NCBI GenBank assembly: GCA_018712075.1
Contig: DVHN01000002.1
Span: 7,222 to 71,221, forward strand
Source of the DNA: Candidatus Fimimorpha faecalis
Lineage (GTDB): Bacteria > Bacillota > Clostridia > Lachnospirales > Lachnospiraceae
Direction of reading: 5' to 3'
Length of the DNA stretch: 64,000 bases
Part shown: positions 10,962 to 19,450 of the stretch, piece by piece
How positions within the stretch are numbered: position 1 is the first letter of the stretch
How the letters are laid out: each line of letters opens with the position of its first letter
Made by a program: the position numbers and the translations under genes
Notes under the pieces: model-generated
The model's database searches: none
The model's input: the letters and a program-made list of their open reading frames with translations, nothing else
Told to the model about the DNA's origin: nothing

Positions 10962-11913
10962 CTGCTGTTTCCTCTCTTTCTGGAAAATTAATACGTTCTT
11001 CCTCCACTACAAGCGGACGACGCATCGTACGTGCATTAATACTTAATACATACTCTCCAATTAATCCAATAAAAAATAGCTGAATGGAACCTAACACAAA
11101 CATTCCAATTAAAACAGGCGCCATACCTGCTGCAAATCGATCCCAATAGATTAATTTCATTACTAAATATATAATTGCAATCAAAATACTTACTACGCTA
11201 CTAAACATTCCAAGCAATGTCGCAATCCGAAGCCCTACTTTTGTATATGACGTTACACTCAACATTGCCGCATCAAACAAACGATAAAAATTATTGCTTG
11301 TTTTTCCTGCACGGCGTTGTGGCTGGGTATATTCAATTTCTTTTCTGCGGAATCCCAGCTCTGCTACAATTCCACGCAAAAATGGAGTAGGATCATCTAA
11401 GTTTTGCAATACTTGGATAAACTTTTTATCATAAAGGCCAAACCCTGTGAAATGCTCAATTTGTTCTACATCGGAAAGTTTTTTAATCATCCGATAATAA
11501 CAGCTTCGCAAGAAATACATAATCTTGCTTTCTTTACTCTTCGTCTTAATACCAATTACAATTTTATATCCTTCTTCCCATCCATCCACAAATGGACGAA
11601 TCATTTCAACTGGATCTTGAAAATCCGCTGCCATTAAAATTGCACAGTCTCCAGTCGCCTGTAATAATCCATAATAAGGGGAATTAAACTGCCCAAAATT
11701 TTTGGCATTAAAAATAGCCCGAATACGGGGATTTTTTTCACAAAGTCTTCTTAAATATTCCCTTGTCCGATCTTTGGAGTCATTATCAATAAAAATTATT
11801 TCATAATTGTATTCTGGGAGTTTCTTTTCAAACTCCTGAATAATTGCCTCACTCAACGGTATTACATTCTCTTCTTCATTGTAACAAGGTACTACAATAC
11901 TTACTGTTTTCAT
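10933..11913 (-). CDS. GT2 polyprenyl-phosphate glycosyltransferase (GtrB/CsbB/ArnC-like)
   Basis: 326 aa. The N-terminus VSIVVPCYNEEENV and the DNDSKD (DxD-type) motif match GT-A family 2. Two C-terminal TM helices (VGLRIATLLGMF..., MAPVLIGMFVLGSIQLFFIGLIGEY) are typical of the bactoprenol-P glycosyltransferase subgroup. Confidence 0.85.
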   Translation of the reverse strand: MKTVSIVVPCYNEEENVIPLSEAIIQEFEKKLPEYNYEIIFIDNDSKDRTREYLRRLCEKNPRIRAIFNAKNFGQFNSPYYGLLQATGDCAILMAADFQDPVEMIRPFVDGWEEGYKIVIGIKTKSKESKIMYFLRSCYYRMIKKLSDVEQIEHFTGFGLYDKKFIQVLQNLDDPTPFLRGIVAELGFRRKEIEYTQPQRRAGKTSNNFYRLFDAAMLSVTSYTKVGLRIATLLGMFSSVVSILIAIIYLVMKLIYWDRFAAGMAPVLIGMFVLGSIQLFFIGLIGEYVLSINARTMRRPLVVEEERINFPEREETADDRGSAKGD

Positions 11914-11915
11914 TC

Positions 11916-12848
11916 CTACCTCTTTCTACACCATTGAACTGTTCTTTGAATTCCTTCTTCAAAAGAAACTTCTGGAACAAATCCAGTATCTTTTGTCAAT
12001 GTCTCAATATCTGCCTGTAAATACATAACCTGTCCTTCTGGATACGGGACTTCTCCCAAACCAATCGAGGCTTTTGGATCTACTGCATCTCTGATTGCTA
12101 AAATATACTCCCGTAGTGGTCGTACCATTCCGCTTCCAACACAATAAATTGCCTGATCTCTTCCTTTGCATCCAGCCAAATACAAGGCTCTTGCTGCATC
12201 TTCGGAATACAAATAATCCCATTTCTGTTCTCCCTTTGTATAAACTGGACGTTCTCCTCTCAATAATTTATATATTCCAGACATTACCATCGTATATTCC
12301 TGATCCATTGGTCCATAGACACTTAAAATTCTCGCCCATATATGGCGAATTCCTAACTGCTTACATAAATTTCGGCTCATTTGTCCAGCACAGAGTTTTC
12401 CAATTCCATAACCAGTTTCTGGAAAAGTTGGAGTATTTGGTGAAATTCTATCCCTGCACTTCCCGTATTCTGCCTGAGATCCAGCCCCTACAAACACTTC
12501 ACAGCCCAACTTATGGGCTAAGTGGACTGCATCCAATGTATTTTTTACATTTCTATTTTGCAAATATAGATCTTGTCTGCTCGATCCATAAGTGCCTTCC
12601 CATCCTAAATGAAAAAATGCGTCTGCTTTGGAAGGCAATTTTTCCATCTGCTGCATGAAATCATCCAAATGAGATAACTCTGCATCCACCAAATGTAATT
12701 TTTCATTTTTGGATAAGTTTCTTATTCGGGCAGAAGAGCGCCTTACAAGCGCCCACACTTCTGCTCCTTCTTTTAATAATACTTGTACAAGAGTTGCTCC
12801 AATCATTCCCGTTGCTCCAGTCAGCACTGCACGAGTTATTTTTTCCAT
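11916..12848 (-). CDS. NAD(P)-dependent epimerase/dehydratase-family SDR, candidate sugar 4-keto or side-chain reductase (YerF/RfbS/RfbJ-like)
   Basis: 310 aa with the Rossmann motif TGATGMIGATL near the N-terminus and a YxxxK-type block (YGIGK). Its stop lies 2 nt from the GT2 start. Confidence 0.8.
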   Translation of the reverse strand: MEKITRAVLTGATGMIGATLVQVLLKEGAEVWALVRRSSARIRNLSKNEKLHLVDAELSHLDDFMQQMEKLPSKADAFFHLGWEGTYGSSRQDLYLQNRNVKNTLDAVHLAHKLGCEVFVGAGSQAEYGKCRDRISPNTPTFPETGYGIGKLCAGQMSRNLCKQLGIRHIWARILSVYGPMDQEYTMVMSGIYKLLRGERPVYTKGEQKWDYLYSEDAARALYLAGCKGRDQAIYCVGSGMVRPLREYILAIRDAVDPKASIGLGEVPYPEGQVMYLQADIETLTKDTGFVPEVSFEEGIQRTVQWCRKR

Positions 12849-12888
12849 AATATTCTCCTAAACAAAAAGAATAGCCTTAACCGTCTTA

Positions 12889-14709
12889 TCACTCATCTAC
12901 AAGAGGAATAAACATATTCTTTTTCAATTCCTCTTTACTTAAAAACGGAGCTAAGTCTTCCAATGGAGCTGACACTAATGTTCCATCTTCCAGACGTTTT
13001 GTAGCAGACTTTGGTTCAAAATTCTGCTCGGTATCTACAAAAATCTCACAAATAGCAGGTCCCTTTTTTGCAAGTGTTTTACTTACTGCCCCATCTAAGT
13101 CTCGGTTATGGTGTACTGCTGTATAAGCAATTCCATATGCCCACGCTAATTTCTCCATATCTGGAAAGCTTAAATCTCCACTGTCTGCTCCAATTCCTAC
13201 GAATGGCCTTTGGAAAAAGTTACGCTGTGTCTGTCGGATGGAATGATATCCACAATTATTAATAAGGAAAATTTTAATTGGCATTTGATGATGAACAATT
13301 GTCTGCAATTCCTGCAAATTCATCTGAATGCTTCCTTCTCCTGTCACACAAATTAATTCCTGACCTTCACATGCCATCGCTGCTCCAATTACCGCTGGTA
13401 AATCATAACCCATGGAAGCAATTGCAGAGTTAATGATAAATCGTTGATTCTTTTTTATAATATAACTTTGACTTCCAACGACACAGGCAGATCCATTGCC
13501 AACTACCGTTACCTGTCCTTCTGGCAGTTTACTACTAATGGCATAAATTGCCGCATATACATTGGCATATCCATTGTCCTGATTCAAATGTTTTGGCTGC
13601 AATACCGGATAATCTTTCTTCCAATTCTGGCATACCGTAATCCAATCCTGATTCTGGAACAATTTTCCTTCTGGCAAACGTGCATCTAACTTCGTTAATA
13701 AGTCTTTTGCATCTGCCCAAATTGGCATATCTACATGGATCGTTGGTTTTTTTAATTCTTCGGAATCAATATCATTCACAATTACGTACGCTTCTCTTGC
13801 CCAAGTTTCATGATTAAATCCAACTTGCCGAATGCTAAGACGATTGCCAACTGCTAAAACTAAATCACTGTTTTGTACCGCAAAATTTCCAGCACGATCT
13901 CCCATACCGCCTGCTCTTCCAGTATACAGAGGATGATCTGTCTCAATTTCATCGATTCCATCCCATGTTGTAACAACTGGAATATTCATTTTCTCTACAA
14001 CAGAACGAAATTCTTGATATCCTCCTGAAATACGAATTCCATTTCCAGCATAAAATACTGGCCGCTTTGCCTGACGAATTTTCTCAATAATACAATCTAT
14101 GGTTTCCTCTTTTACCGCAGGAGGCAGCTCTTTTTTATAATCTTCTTCTGGAATATATCCCTCCAATTGTTCGGTTTCAATATAACTTCCCTGCACATTT
14201 AATGGAATATCCAGCCAGCATGGACCTGGACGGCCGTGTTTTGCAATATACATTGCCTTTTCCAAACAGTATTTAATCTTGTTTGGATCAATTACCATTT
14301 CACAATACTTGGTCATAGAATCTACTGCTTTGCAAATATCAAATTCCTGGTCTCCTACTGCCCGAAGGTTCAATCCAGTATAACGTGCCGTCGTATCGTA
14401 ACGAACCTGTCCCGATATTACAAGCATCGGAATGGAATCCAAATAGGCACCTACCACACCAGTCAATGCGTTGGTTCCCCCTGGCCCTGTTGTGACACAG
14501 AGCAAAGCCATTTTATTTTCCATTCTTGCATAGCTTTCTGCTGCAATTGCACATGCCTGTTCATGATGCTGGTATAAACATTTCAATCCCTCTTGATGTC
14601 CAAATGCATCATTCAAATGCATCGCTCCCCCGCCAGTTACTGTAAAAACATTGGTAATCCCATGTTCTACTAAAAACTGAGCAATATAATTCGACAATTT
14701 TATCCTCAT
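12889..14709 (-). CDS. Thiamine-diphosphate-dependent enzyme of the acetolactate synthase/YerE type
   Basis: 606 aa. N-terminal ThDP pyrimidine-binding region (GITNVFTVTGGGAMHLNDA, TGPGGTNALTGV) and a C-terminal GEGSIQMNLQEL ... NNCGY block (GDG-x-N-type ThDP/Mg motif). It lies between rfbH and the SDR. Confidence 0.85.
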   Translation of the reverse strand: MRIKLSNYIAQFLVEHGITNVFTVTGGGAMHLNDAFGHQEGLKCLYQHHEQACAIAAESYARMENKMALLCVTTGPGGTNALTGVVGAYLDSIPMLVISGQVRYDTTARYTGLNLRAVGDQEFDICKAVDSMTKYCEMVIDPNKIKYCLEKAMYIAKHGRPGPCWLDIPLNVQGSYIETEQLEGYIPEEDYKKELPPAVKEETIDCIIEKIRQAKRPVFYAGNGIRISGGYQEFRSVVEKMNIPVVTTWDGIDEIETDHPLYTGRAGGMGDRAGNFAVQNSDLVLAVGNRLSIRQVGFNHETWAREAYVIVNDIDSEELKKPTIHVDMPIWADAKDLLTKLDARLPEGKLFQNQDWITVCQNWKKDYPVLQPKHLNQDNGYANVYAAIYAISSKLPEGQVTVVGNGSACVVGSQSYIIKKNQRFIINSAIASMGYDLPAVIGAAMACEGQELICVTGEGSIQMNLQELQTIVHHQMPIKIFLINNCGYHSIRQTQRNFFQRPFVGIGADSGDLSFPDMEKLAWAYGIAYTAVHHNRDLDGAVSKTLAKKGPAICEIFVDTEQNFEPKSATKRLEDGTLVSAPLEDLAPFLSKEELKKNMFIPLVDE

Positions 14710-14728
14710 ATGATTACTCCCTTTTCTA

Positions 14729-16063
14729 TTACAGAGCCTCTTTTATTACTTTTGCCATATAGTCAATTTTTTCATCCGTCATACCTGGATATACGCCAAC
14801 CCAGAACGTATGATTCATAATACGATCGGTATTTTCCAGACTTCCTACTACTCGGTATCCTTCTCCTGACGCTCTCATTTGGTCAAAACATGGATGTTTG
14901 ATTAGATTACCCGAAAACAGCATACGTGTCTGAACTCCTCGCTGTTCCACATATTGTACTACTTTGTTACGGTCTACTCCTTCTTTACAAGTAATTAAAA
15001 ATCCAAACCAGCTTGGGGTAGAATTTGGACAAGCCTCTGGTAAAATTAACTTATCTTGACAATCTTCCAATGCAGCTCTTAAACGATTAAAGTTATGAAT
15101 TCTGCGCTCTACAAATGTTGGGAATTTCTTAATCTGAGCACATCCAATCGCAGCCTGCATATCCGTTGCCTTTAAATTATATCCAAAATGAGAATATACA
15201 TATTTATGATCGTATCCAATTGGTAATTCTCCATACTGTCTGTCAAAACGATGTCCACAAAGATTATCTCGTCCAGAAGGGCATACACAGTCTCGTCCCC
15301 AATCTCGGAATGAACGAATAATACGGTTTAAAAGCGGATTTTTTGTATAAACTGCTCCGCCTTCTCCCATCGTCATATGATGCGGAGGATAAAAACTAGA
15401 AGTTCCAATATCTCCAATCGTACCTGTGAATCGTTCTTCTCCATTGATTCTATATTTGGAACCAAGTGCATCACAGTTGTCTTCGATTAACCAAAGGTTA
15501 TGCTTATCACAAAATTGCTTTACCGCTTCCAAATCAAATGGATTACCAAGTGTATGTGCAATCATTACGGCTTTTGTTTTTTCTGAATAAGCTGCTTCTA
15601 ATTTTGTAACATCAATATTATATTGAGGGATTGTAACGTCCACAAACACTGGAACTGCTCCGTATTGAATGACTGGAGTAATCGTAGTCGGAAAACCCGC
15701 AGCGACCGTAATTACTTCGTCTCCTCGTTTTATCTGACGTTCCCCAAGTAAAGGAGAGGTTAATGTCATAAAAGCCACTAAATTTGCAGAAGAACCAGAA
15801 TTTACAAGGGCACAAAATGGTATATTCAAATACTGTGCAAATGCTTTTTCAAATTGATCCGTATAACGTCCAGCTGTCAGCCAAAATTCCAATGAACTAT
15901 CTACTAAATTTACCATTTCTTCATGGTCATAAACACGAGAAGCATAAGGAATTCTCTGTCCTTCTTCAAAAGGTTTTTCCTGATTATGATATTTATCACA
16001 ATATTCTGAAACCATGGAGAGAATTTGTTCTCTCGCTTCTTTTTCACTCATCTGTTCAAACAT
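14729..16063 (-). CDS. rfbH: CDP-4-keto-6-deoxy-D-glucose 3-dehydrase (E1; RfbH/DdhC/AscC family)
   Basis: 444 aa of DegT/DnrJ/EryC1 fold. SSFYPPHHMTMGEGG carries His-His where aminotransferases of this fold have the Schiff-base Lys, which is the hallmark of E1 dehydrases. It follows rfbF and rfbG. Confidence 0.85.
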   Translation of the reverse strand: MFEQMSEKEAREQILSMVSEYCDKYHNQEKPFEEGQRIPYASRVYDHEEMVNLVDSSLEFWLTAGRYTDQFEKAFAQYLNIPFCALVNSGSSANLVAFMTLTSPLLGERQIKRGDEVITVAAGFPTTITPVIQYGAVPVFVDVTIPQYNIDVTKLEAAYSEKTKAVMIAHTLGNPFDLEAVKQFCDKHNLWLIEDNCDALGSKYRINGEERFTGTIGDIGTSSFYPPHHMTMGEGGAVYTKNPLLNRIIRSFRDWGRDCVCPSGRDNLCGHRFDRQYGELPIGYDHKYVYSHFGYNLKATDMQAAIGCAQIKKFPTFVERRIHNFNRLRAALEDCQDKLILPEACPNSTPSWFGFLITCKEGVDRNKVVQYVEQRGVQTRMLFSGNLIKHPCFDQMRASGEGYRVVGSLENTDRIMNHTFWVGVYPGMTDEKIDYMAKVIKEAL

Positions 16064-16092
16064 TTTTTACCTTTACTCCTTTATTTCCTAAT

Positions 16093-17142
16093 CTATGCTA
16101 AAAATGATTTGATTTGTTCTTCCATACATGCAGCAACATCACCATTTTCTAACCATATCTTGGACCACTCTACCGTCTTTTGAACTGCCGTTTTTACATC
16201 CCATGTTGGTTTCCATCCAAATATATGTTTTACACGAGAACAGTCCAACTTTAGAAAGTTCGCTTCATGCGGGCCTCCATCCCAATGACTTTCCCAAGTC
16301 ATTCCATCTCCCCAAGATTCACAAAACAAATCGACCAGATTTCCTGTCGTCAAACAGTCTTTATCATCTGGACCTACATTATAATATCCCGCAAAATCAC
16401 TCGTTTCATACTGTTTCTGTACAATTGTAAGATATAACATCAATGGTTCCAATACATGCTGATACGGTCTGACGGAATGTGGATTTCTTACAATCATTGG
16501 CTGATTTGACGCAGCTGCCCGAACGCAGTCTGGAATAATACGATCCACAGCAAAATCTCCTCCTCCAATAACATTTCCTGCCCGTGCCGTTGAAACGGCT
16601 GGCATCCCATCCTTAAAGAAAGATAATTTATAACTATGTGTCACTAATTCCGAGCAGGATTTACTGTTAGAGTATGGATCATATCCATCTAACGGATCGT
16701 CTTCTCGATATCCCCATTCCCATTCTCTATTATAATATACTTTATCCGTGGTAACATTTAAGACAGAACGAACGCAAGGATGTAACCGTACCGCTTCCAG
16801 TAAGTGAACCGTTCCCATTACATTCGTCTCATAAGTTTCCAGCGGATCACGATACGATTGTCTTACAATCGGCTGCGCTGCCAAATGTATCACAATCTCA
16901 GGCTGTACCTGATCAAATACCTGCATAAGATGTTCAAAATCTCGAATATCTCCAATGATTGAATTTATTTTCTTTTCAATTCCTGAAAGCGTAAATAGAT
17001 TTGGGTCAGTTGGAGGCTTTAAAGAATAACCTGTTACAATTGCACCTGCATCGGATAAAATCTTACAAAGCCAAGATCCTTTAAAACCAGTATGCCCTGT
17101 TACAAGTATATTTTTATCTTTGAAAAAATTCAAATCTAACAT
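16093..17142 (-). CDS. rfbG: CDP-glucose 4,6-dehydratase
   Basis: Contains NILVTGHTGFKGSWL and a YSNSK catalytic block. I moved the start to the ATG at 17142 (MLDLNFF...), which has the SD GGAGG 5 nt upstream. The ORF-track start at 17193 would overlap rfbF. Confidence 0.9.
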   Translation of the reverse strand: MLDLNFFKDKNILVTGHTGFKGSWLCKILSDAGAIVTGYSLKPPTDPNLFTLSGIEKKINSIIGDIRDFEHLMQVFDQVQPEIVIHLAAQPIVRQSYRDPLETYETNVMGTVHLLEAVRLHPCVRSVLNVTTDKVYYNREWEWGYREDDPLDGYDPYSNSKSCSELVTHSYKLSFFKDGMPAVSTARAGNVIGGGDFAVDRIIPDCVRAAASNQPMIVRNPHSVRPYQHVLEPLMLYLTIVQKQYETSDFAGYYNVGPDDKDCLTTGNLVDLFCESWGDGMTWESHWDGGPHEANFLKLDCSRVKHIFGWKPTWDVKTAVQKTVEWSKIWLENGDVAACMEEQIKSFLA

Positions 17143-17164
17143 AAGATCCTCCATTCTTTTTTTC

Positions 17165-17944
17165 TTAATCATTCCAAACCTTCCATGGCGCACAATTGGA
17201 CTGCCACATTTCTTCTAAACTTTTCTTATCTCTTTGCGTATCCATACATTTCCAGAATCCTTTATGATAATACGCCATCAACTGTCCATCTCTTGCCAGA
17301 TTTTCCAACGGTTCTTTTTCAAATACTGTTTGATCTCCTTCAATATAATCAAACACTTCTGGATTCATGACCATATATCCGCCATTAATCATACTTCCAT
17401 CTTCATCATTTTTTTCACGGAAAGATTCAATTTGTCCTTCTTCGTTAATATCAATTACTCCAAAACGCTGCCCGATATTCACCGTTGTAATCGTTGCAAT
17501 TTTCCCATGCTTTTTATGGAATTCTGCCAGAGCCCGAATATCAATATCCGCAACTCCATCTCCATATGTAAGCATAAAGGTTTCATTTCCTACATAGTCT
17601 TTAATACGCTTTACTCTTCCTCCAGTCATTGTATTGAGACCTGTATCCACCAATGTAACCTTCCATGGTTCTGAAAAATTATTATGCACAATCATTTTAT
17701 TGTTTGCAAGATCAAATGTAATATCCGATGTATGCAAAAAATAATCTGAGAAAAATTCTTTTACTAAATGTTGTTTATATCCGAGACAAATGATAAACTC
17801 ATTAAATCCATAATGAGAATATTCTTTCATAATATGCCATAAAATCGGTCTTTCTCCAATTTCAATCATTGGTTTTGGCTTTAGATGACTTTCTTCACTA
17901 ATCCTCGTTCCAAACCCACCTGCTAGTATTACAACTTTCATCAT
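17165..17944 (-). CDS. rfbF: Glucose-1-phosphate cytidylyltransferase
   Basis: 259 aa. VVILAGGFGTRISEESHLKPKPMIEIGERPILWHIMK and the C-terminal FWKCMDTQRDK block are characteristic of RfbF/DdhA. It is the first gene of the operon. Confidence 0.93.
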   Translation of the reverse strand: MMKVVILAGGFGTRISEESHLKPKPMIEIGERPILWHIMKEYSHYGFNEFIICLGYKQHLVKEFFSDYFLHTSDITFDLANNKMIVHNNFSEPWKVTLVDTGLNTMTGGRVKRIKDYVGNETFMLTYGDGVADIDIRALAEFHKKHGKIATITTVNIGQRFGVIDINEEGQIESFREKNDEDGSMINGGYMVMNPEVFDYIEGDQTVFEKEPLENLARDGQLMAYYHKGFWKCMDTQRDKKSLEEMWQSNCAPWKVWND

Positions 17945-17994
17945 TATTTCCTTTCTCGTCTTAATCCAATCTCATAGCTTTGCTATGATCTTTT

Positions 17995-18023
17995 ATTTTA
18001 ACACAGAATATTTTAAATGTCAT
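17995..18023 (-). promoter_or_regulatory. Candidate promoter of the glycan operon (-35 ATGACA, 17 nt, extended -10 TGTTAAAAT)
   Basis: On the minus strand, ATGACA lies at 18023..18018 and TAAAAT at 18000..17995, preceded by TGT. The spacer is exactly 17 nt. The -10 element lies about 50 nt upstream of the rfbF ATG. Confidence 0.5.
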
Positions 18024-18153
18024 CCCTTTCCCAAGAACCTTTGCATTTTTCTATATTTTTAATATTTATTTAAAAAATCCTTCATAATATTGTAAGGAGT
18101 CCGTATTCGCAATTCAGGCAAATCCCTTAGCTGTCCGTCTATTGACGACACTT

Positions 18154-19374
18154 TTATAGTAAATACTTTTCAATATCAGGAAAAACTTTCAAACTTCTTT
18201 TTAAAATTCCATGAATATAGGCTATCATAATCCCATAATTCGTAATTGGTGTCTGCTGATCCATTGCAGATTGTTGACGATATTTCATTTCCTTTTCATT
18301 TAACATACAGCCCCCACAATGCACAATCATAGCATAACTTGTCACATCTTCTGGAAATTCTGTTCCTGATGAGAAGGAAAAATTCAACTTCTTTTTTGTA
18401 TAATTCCGAATCCATGCAGGCAATTTTTCCGTTCCAATGTCTCCACATTGTCTATGATGGGTACATCCTTCCGAAATCAAAACCGTATCTCCATCTTTTA
18501 ATGTTTCAATTGCCACGGCTCCTTTCACTGCCTGTTCTAAGTTTCCCTTATGACGCGCAAATAAAATGGAAAATGAAGTAAGTAAAATATCCTCTGGAGT
18601 CATCTGAGACACTTGACCAAATGCCTGACTGTCGGTAATTACAAGTTTTGGTTTTTTACTCAGACCAGCCAGCGTTTCTTTTAGTTCTGTTGGCTGGCAG
18701 ACTACCGCAACTGCTCCAGATTCTAAAATTTCTCGAATGGTTTGCTGCTGTGGTAAAATTAATCGTCCTTTTGGAGCAGCTGCATCAATTGGAATCACTA
18801 ATACAACAAAATCTCCCCCCTCGATTAAATCTTGTACAATTGGGAAATGAGGTTTCTCTTTTCCTGCCAGACGTCCAATCATCTCTTTTAATTCATAAAT
18901 GTTTTCCTTGGTTAATGCACTAACTGCAATTTTATTTTGAATGGACGTATCCTCTTTTATTTTTTCTGTCAAATCTGCTAAATCCGATTTATTGTACACA
19001 ACAATATATGGAAGTTGTTTTTGTTCAAATAATTGAATTAATTCCCGATCTTCTGGCATAATCCCTAATTGGGCATCCACAATTAAAACAGCCACATCGG
19101 TTTTATTTAATACTTGTTTTGTACGTTTCACACGCAAACTGCCTAGTTCTCCCTCATCGTCAATGCCAGGTGTATCAATAATTACAACTGGACCAATTGG
19201 AAGCAATTCCATTGCCTTTTGCACAGGGTCAGTAGTTGTTCCCTTTGTATCTGATACAATTGCTAAATTTTGCCCCGTCACTGCATTTACTACGCTGGAC
19301 TTTCCAGCATTTCTCTTTCCAAAAAATCCAATATGAACTCGATTTCCGCTTGGAATCTGATTTAAATTTGCCAT
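18154..19374 (-). CDS. hydF: [FeFe]-hydrogenase H-cluster maturation GTPase HydF
   Basis: 406 aa. P-loop GKRNAGKSS, a DTPG motif, and the C-terminal cluster ligands CTHH...HCGGC (the CxH...HCxxC pattern). Confidence 0.92.
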   Translation of the reverse strand: MANLNQIPSGNRVHIGFFGKRNAGKSSVVNAVTGQNLAIVSDTKGTTTDPVQKAMELLPIGPVVIIDTPGIDDEGELGSLRVKRTKQVLNKTDVAVLIVDAQLGIMPEDRELIQLFEQKQLPYIVVYNKSDLADLTEKIKEDTSIQNKIAVSALTKENIYELKEMIGRLAGKEKPHFPIVQDLIEGGDFVVLVIPIDAAAPKGRLILPQQQTIREILESGAVAVVCQPTELKETLAGLSKKPKLVITDSQAFGQVSQMTPEDILLTSFSILFARHKGNLEQAVKGAVAIETLKDGDTVLISEGCTHHRQCGDIGTEKLPAWIRNYTKKKLNFSFSSGTEFPEDVTSYAMIVHCGGCMLNEKEMKYRQQSAMDQQTPITNYGIMIAYIHGILKRSLKVFPDIEKYLL

Positions 19375-19418
19375 AATATTCCTCCATTTCTTTTTTGTAT
19401 TACGCTAAAATTAAGAAA

Positions 19419-19438
19419 GGGACAGACAAGCTGTCCCC
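19419..19438 (-). terminator. Hairpin between hydG and hydF (possible partial terminator)
   Basis: GGGACAG-ACAAG-CTGTCCC. On the minus strand it is followed by TTTCTTAATTTT. Confidence 0.45.
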
Positions 19439-19450
19439 ATTGAACTTTTA

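Noticed and set aside
6979-11913. Apparent lower GC of the distal half of the glycan operon as evidence for horizontal acquisition
   Set aside because: I could only spot-count a few lines (about 27-30% versus 35-38% in rpoB). The genes concerned encode very hydrophobic membrane proteins, whose Phe/Ile/Leu/Lys bias lowers GC anyway. No flanking tRNA, integrase or direct repeats were seen. This needs a proper windowed GC and codon-usage computation.
12095-12658. 187-aa plus-strand ORF, the longest unexplained ORF in the track
   Set aside because: It is completely antisense to the well-supported SDR gene (Rossmann motif, tight operon spacing). Its translation is Leu/Phe/Pro-rich with no motif and no SD.
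16093-17193. Longer N-terminal extensions suggested by the ORF track for rfbG, and likewise for yajC (to 23901), the GldA-like gene (to 23336), the RND pump (to 34596), tpiA (to 47380), the YhfC-like gene (to 54074), csp (from 54201), permease 1 (to 62318) and the SBP (to 63705)
   Set aside because: In each case an internal ATG has a properly spaced SD, gives the conserved family N-terminus or signal peptide, and removes an overlap with the upstream gene. Several of the longer starts are TTG or GTG codons lying within the SD itself.
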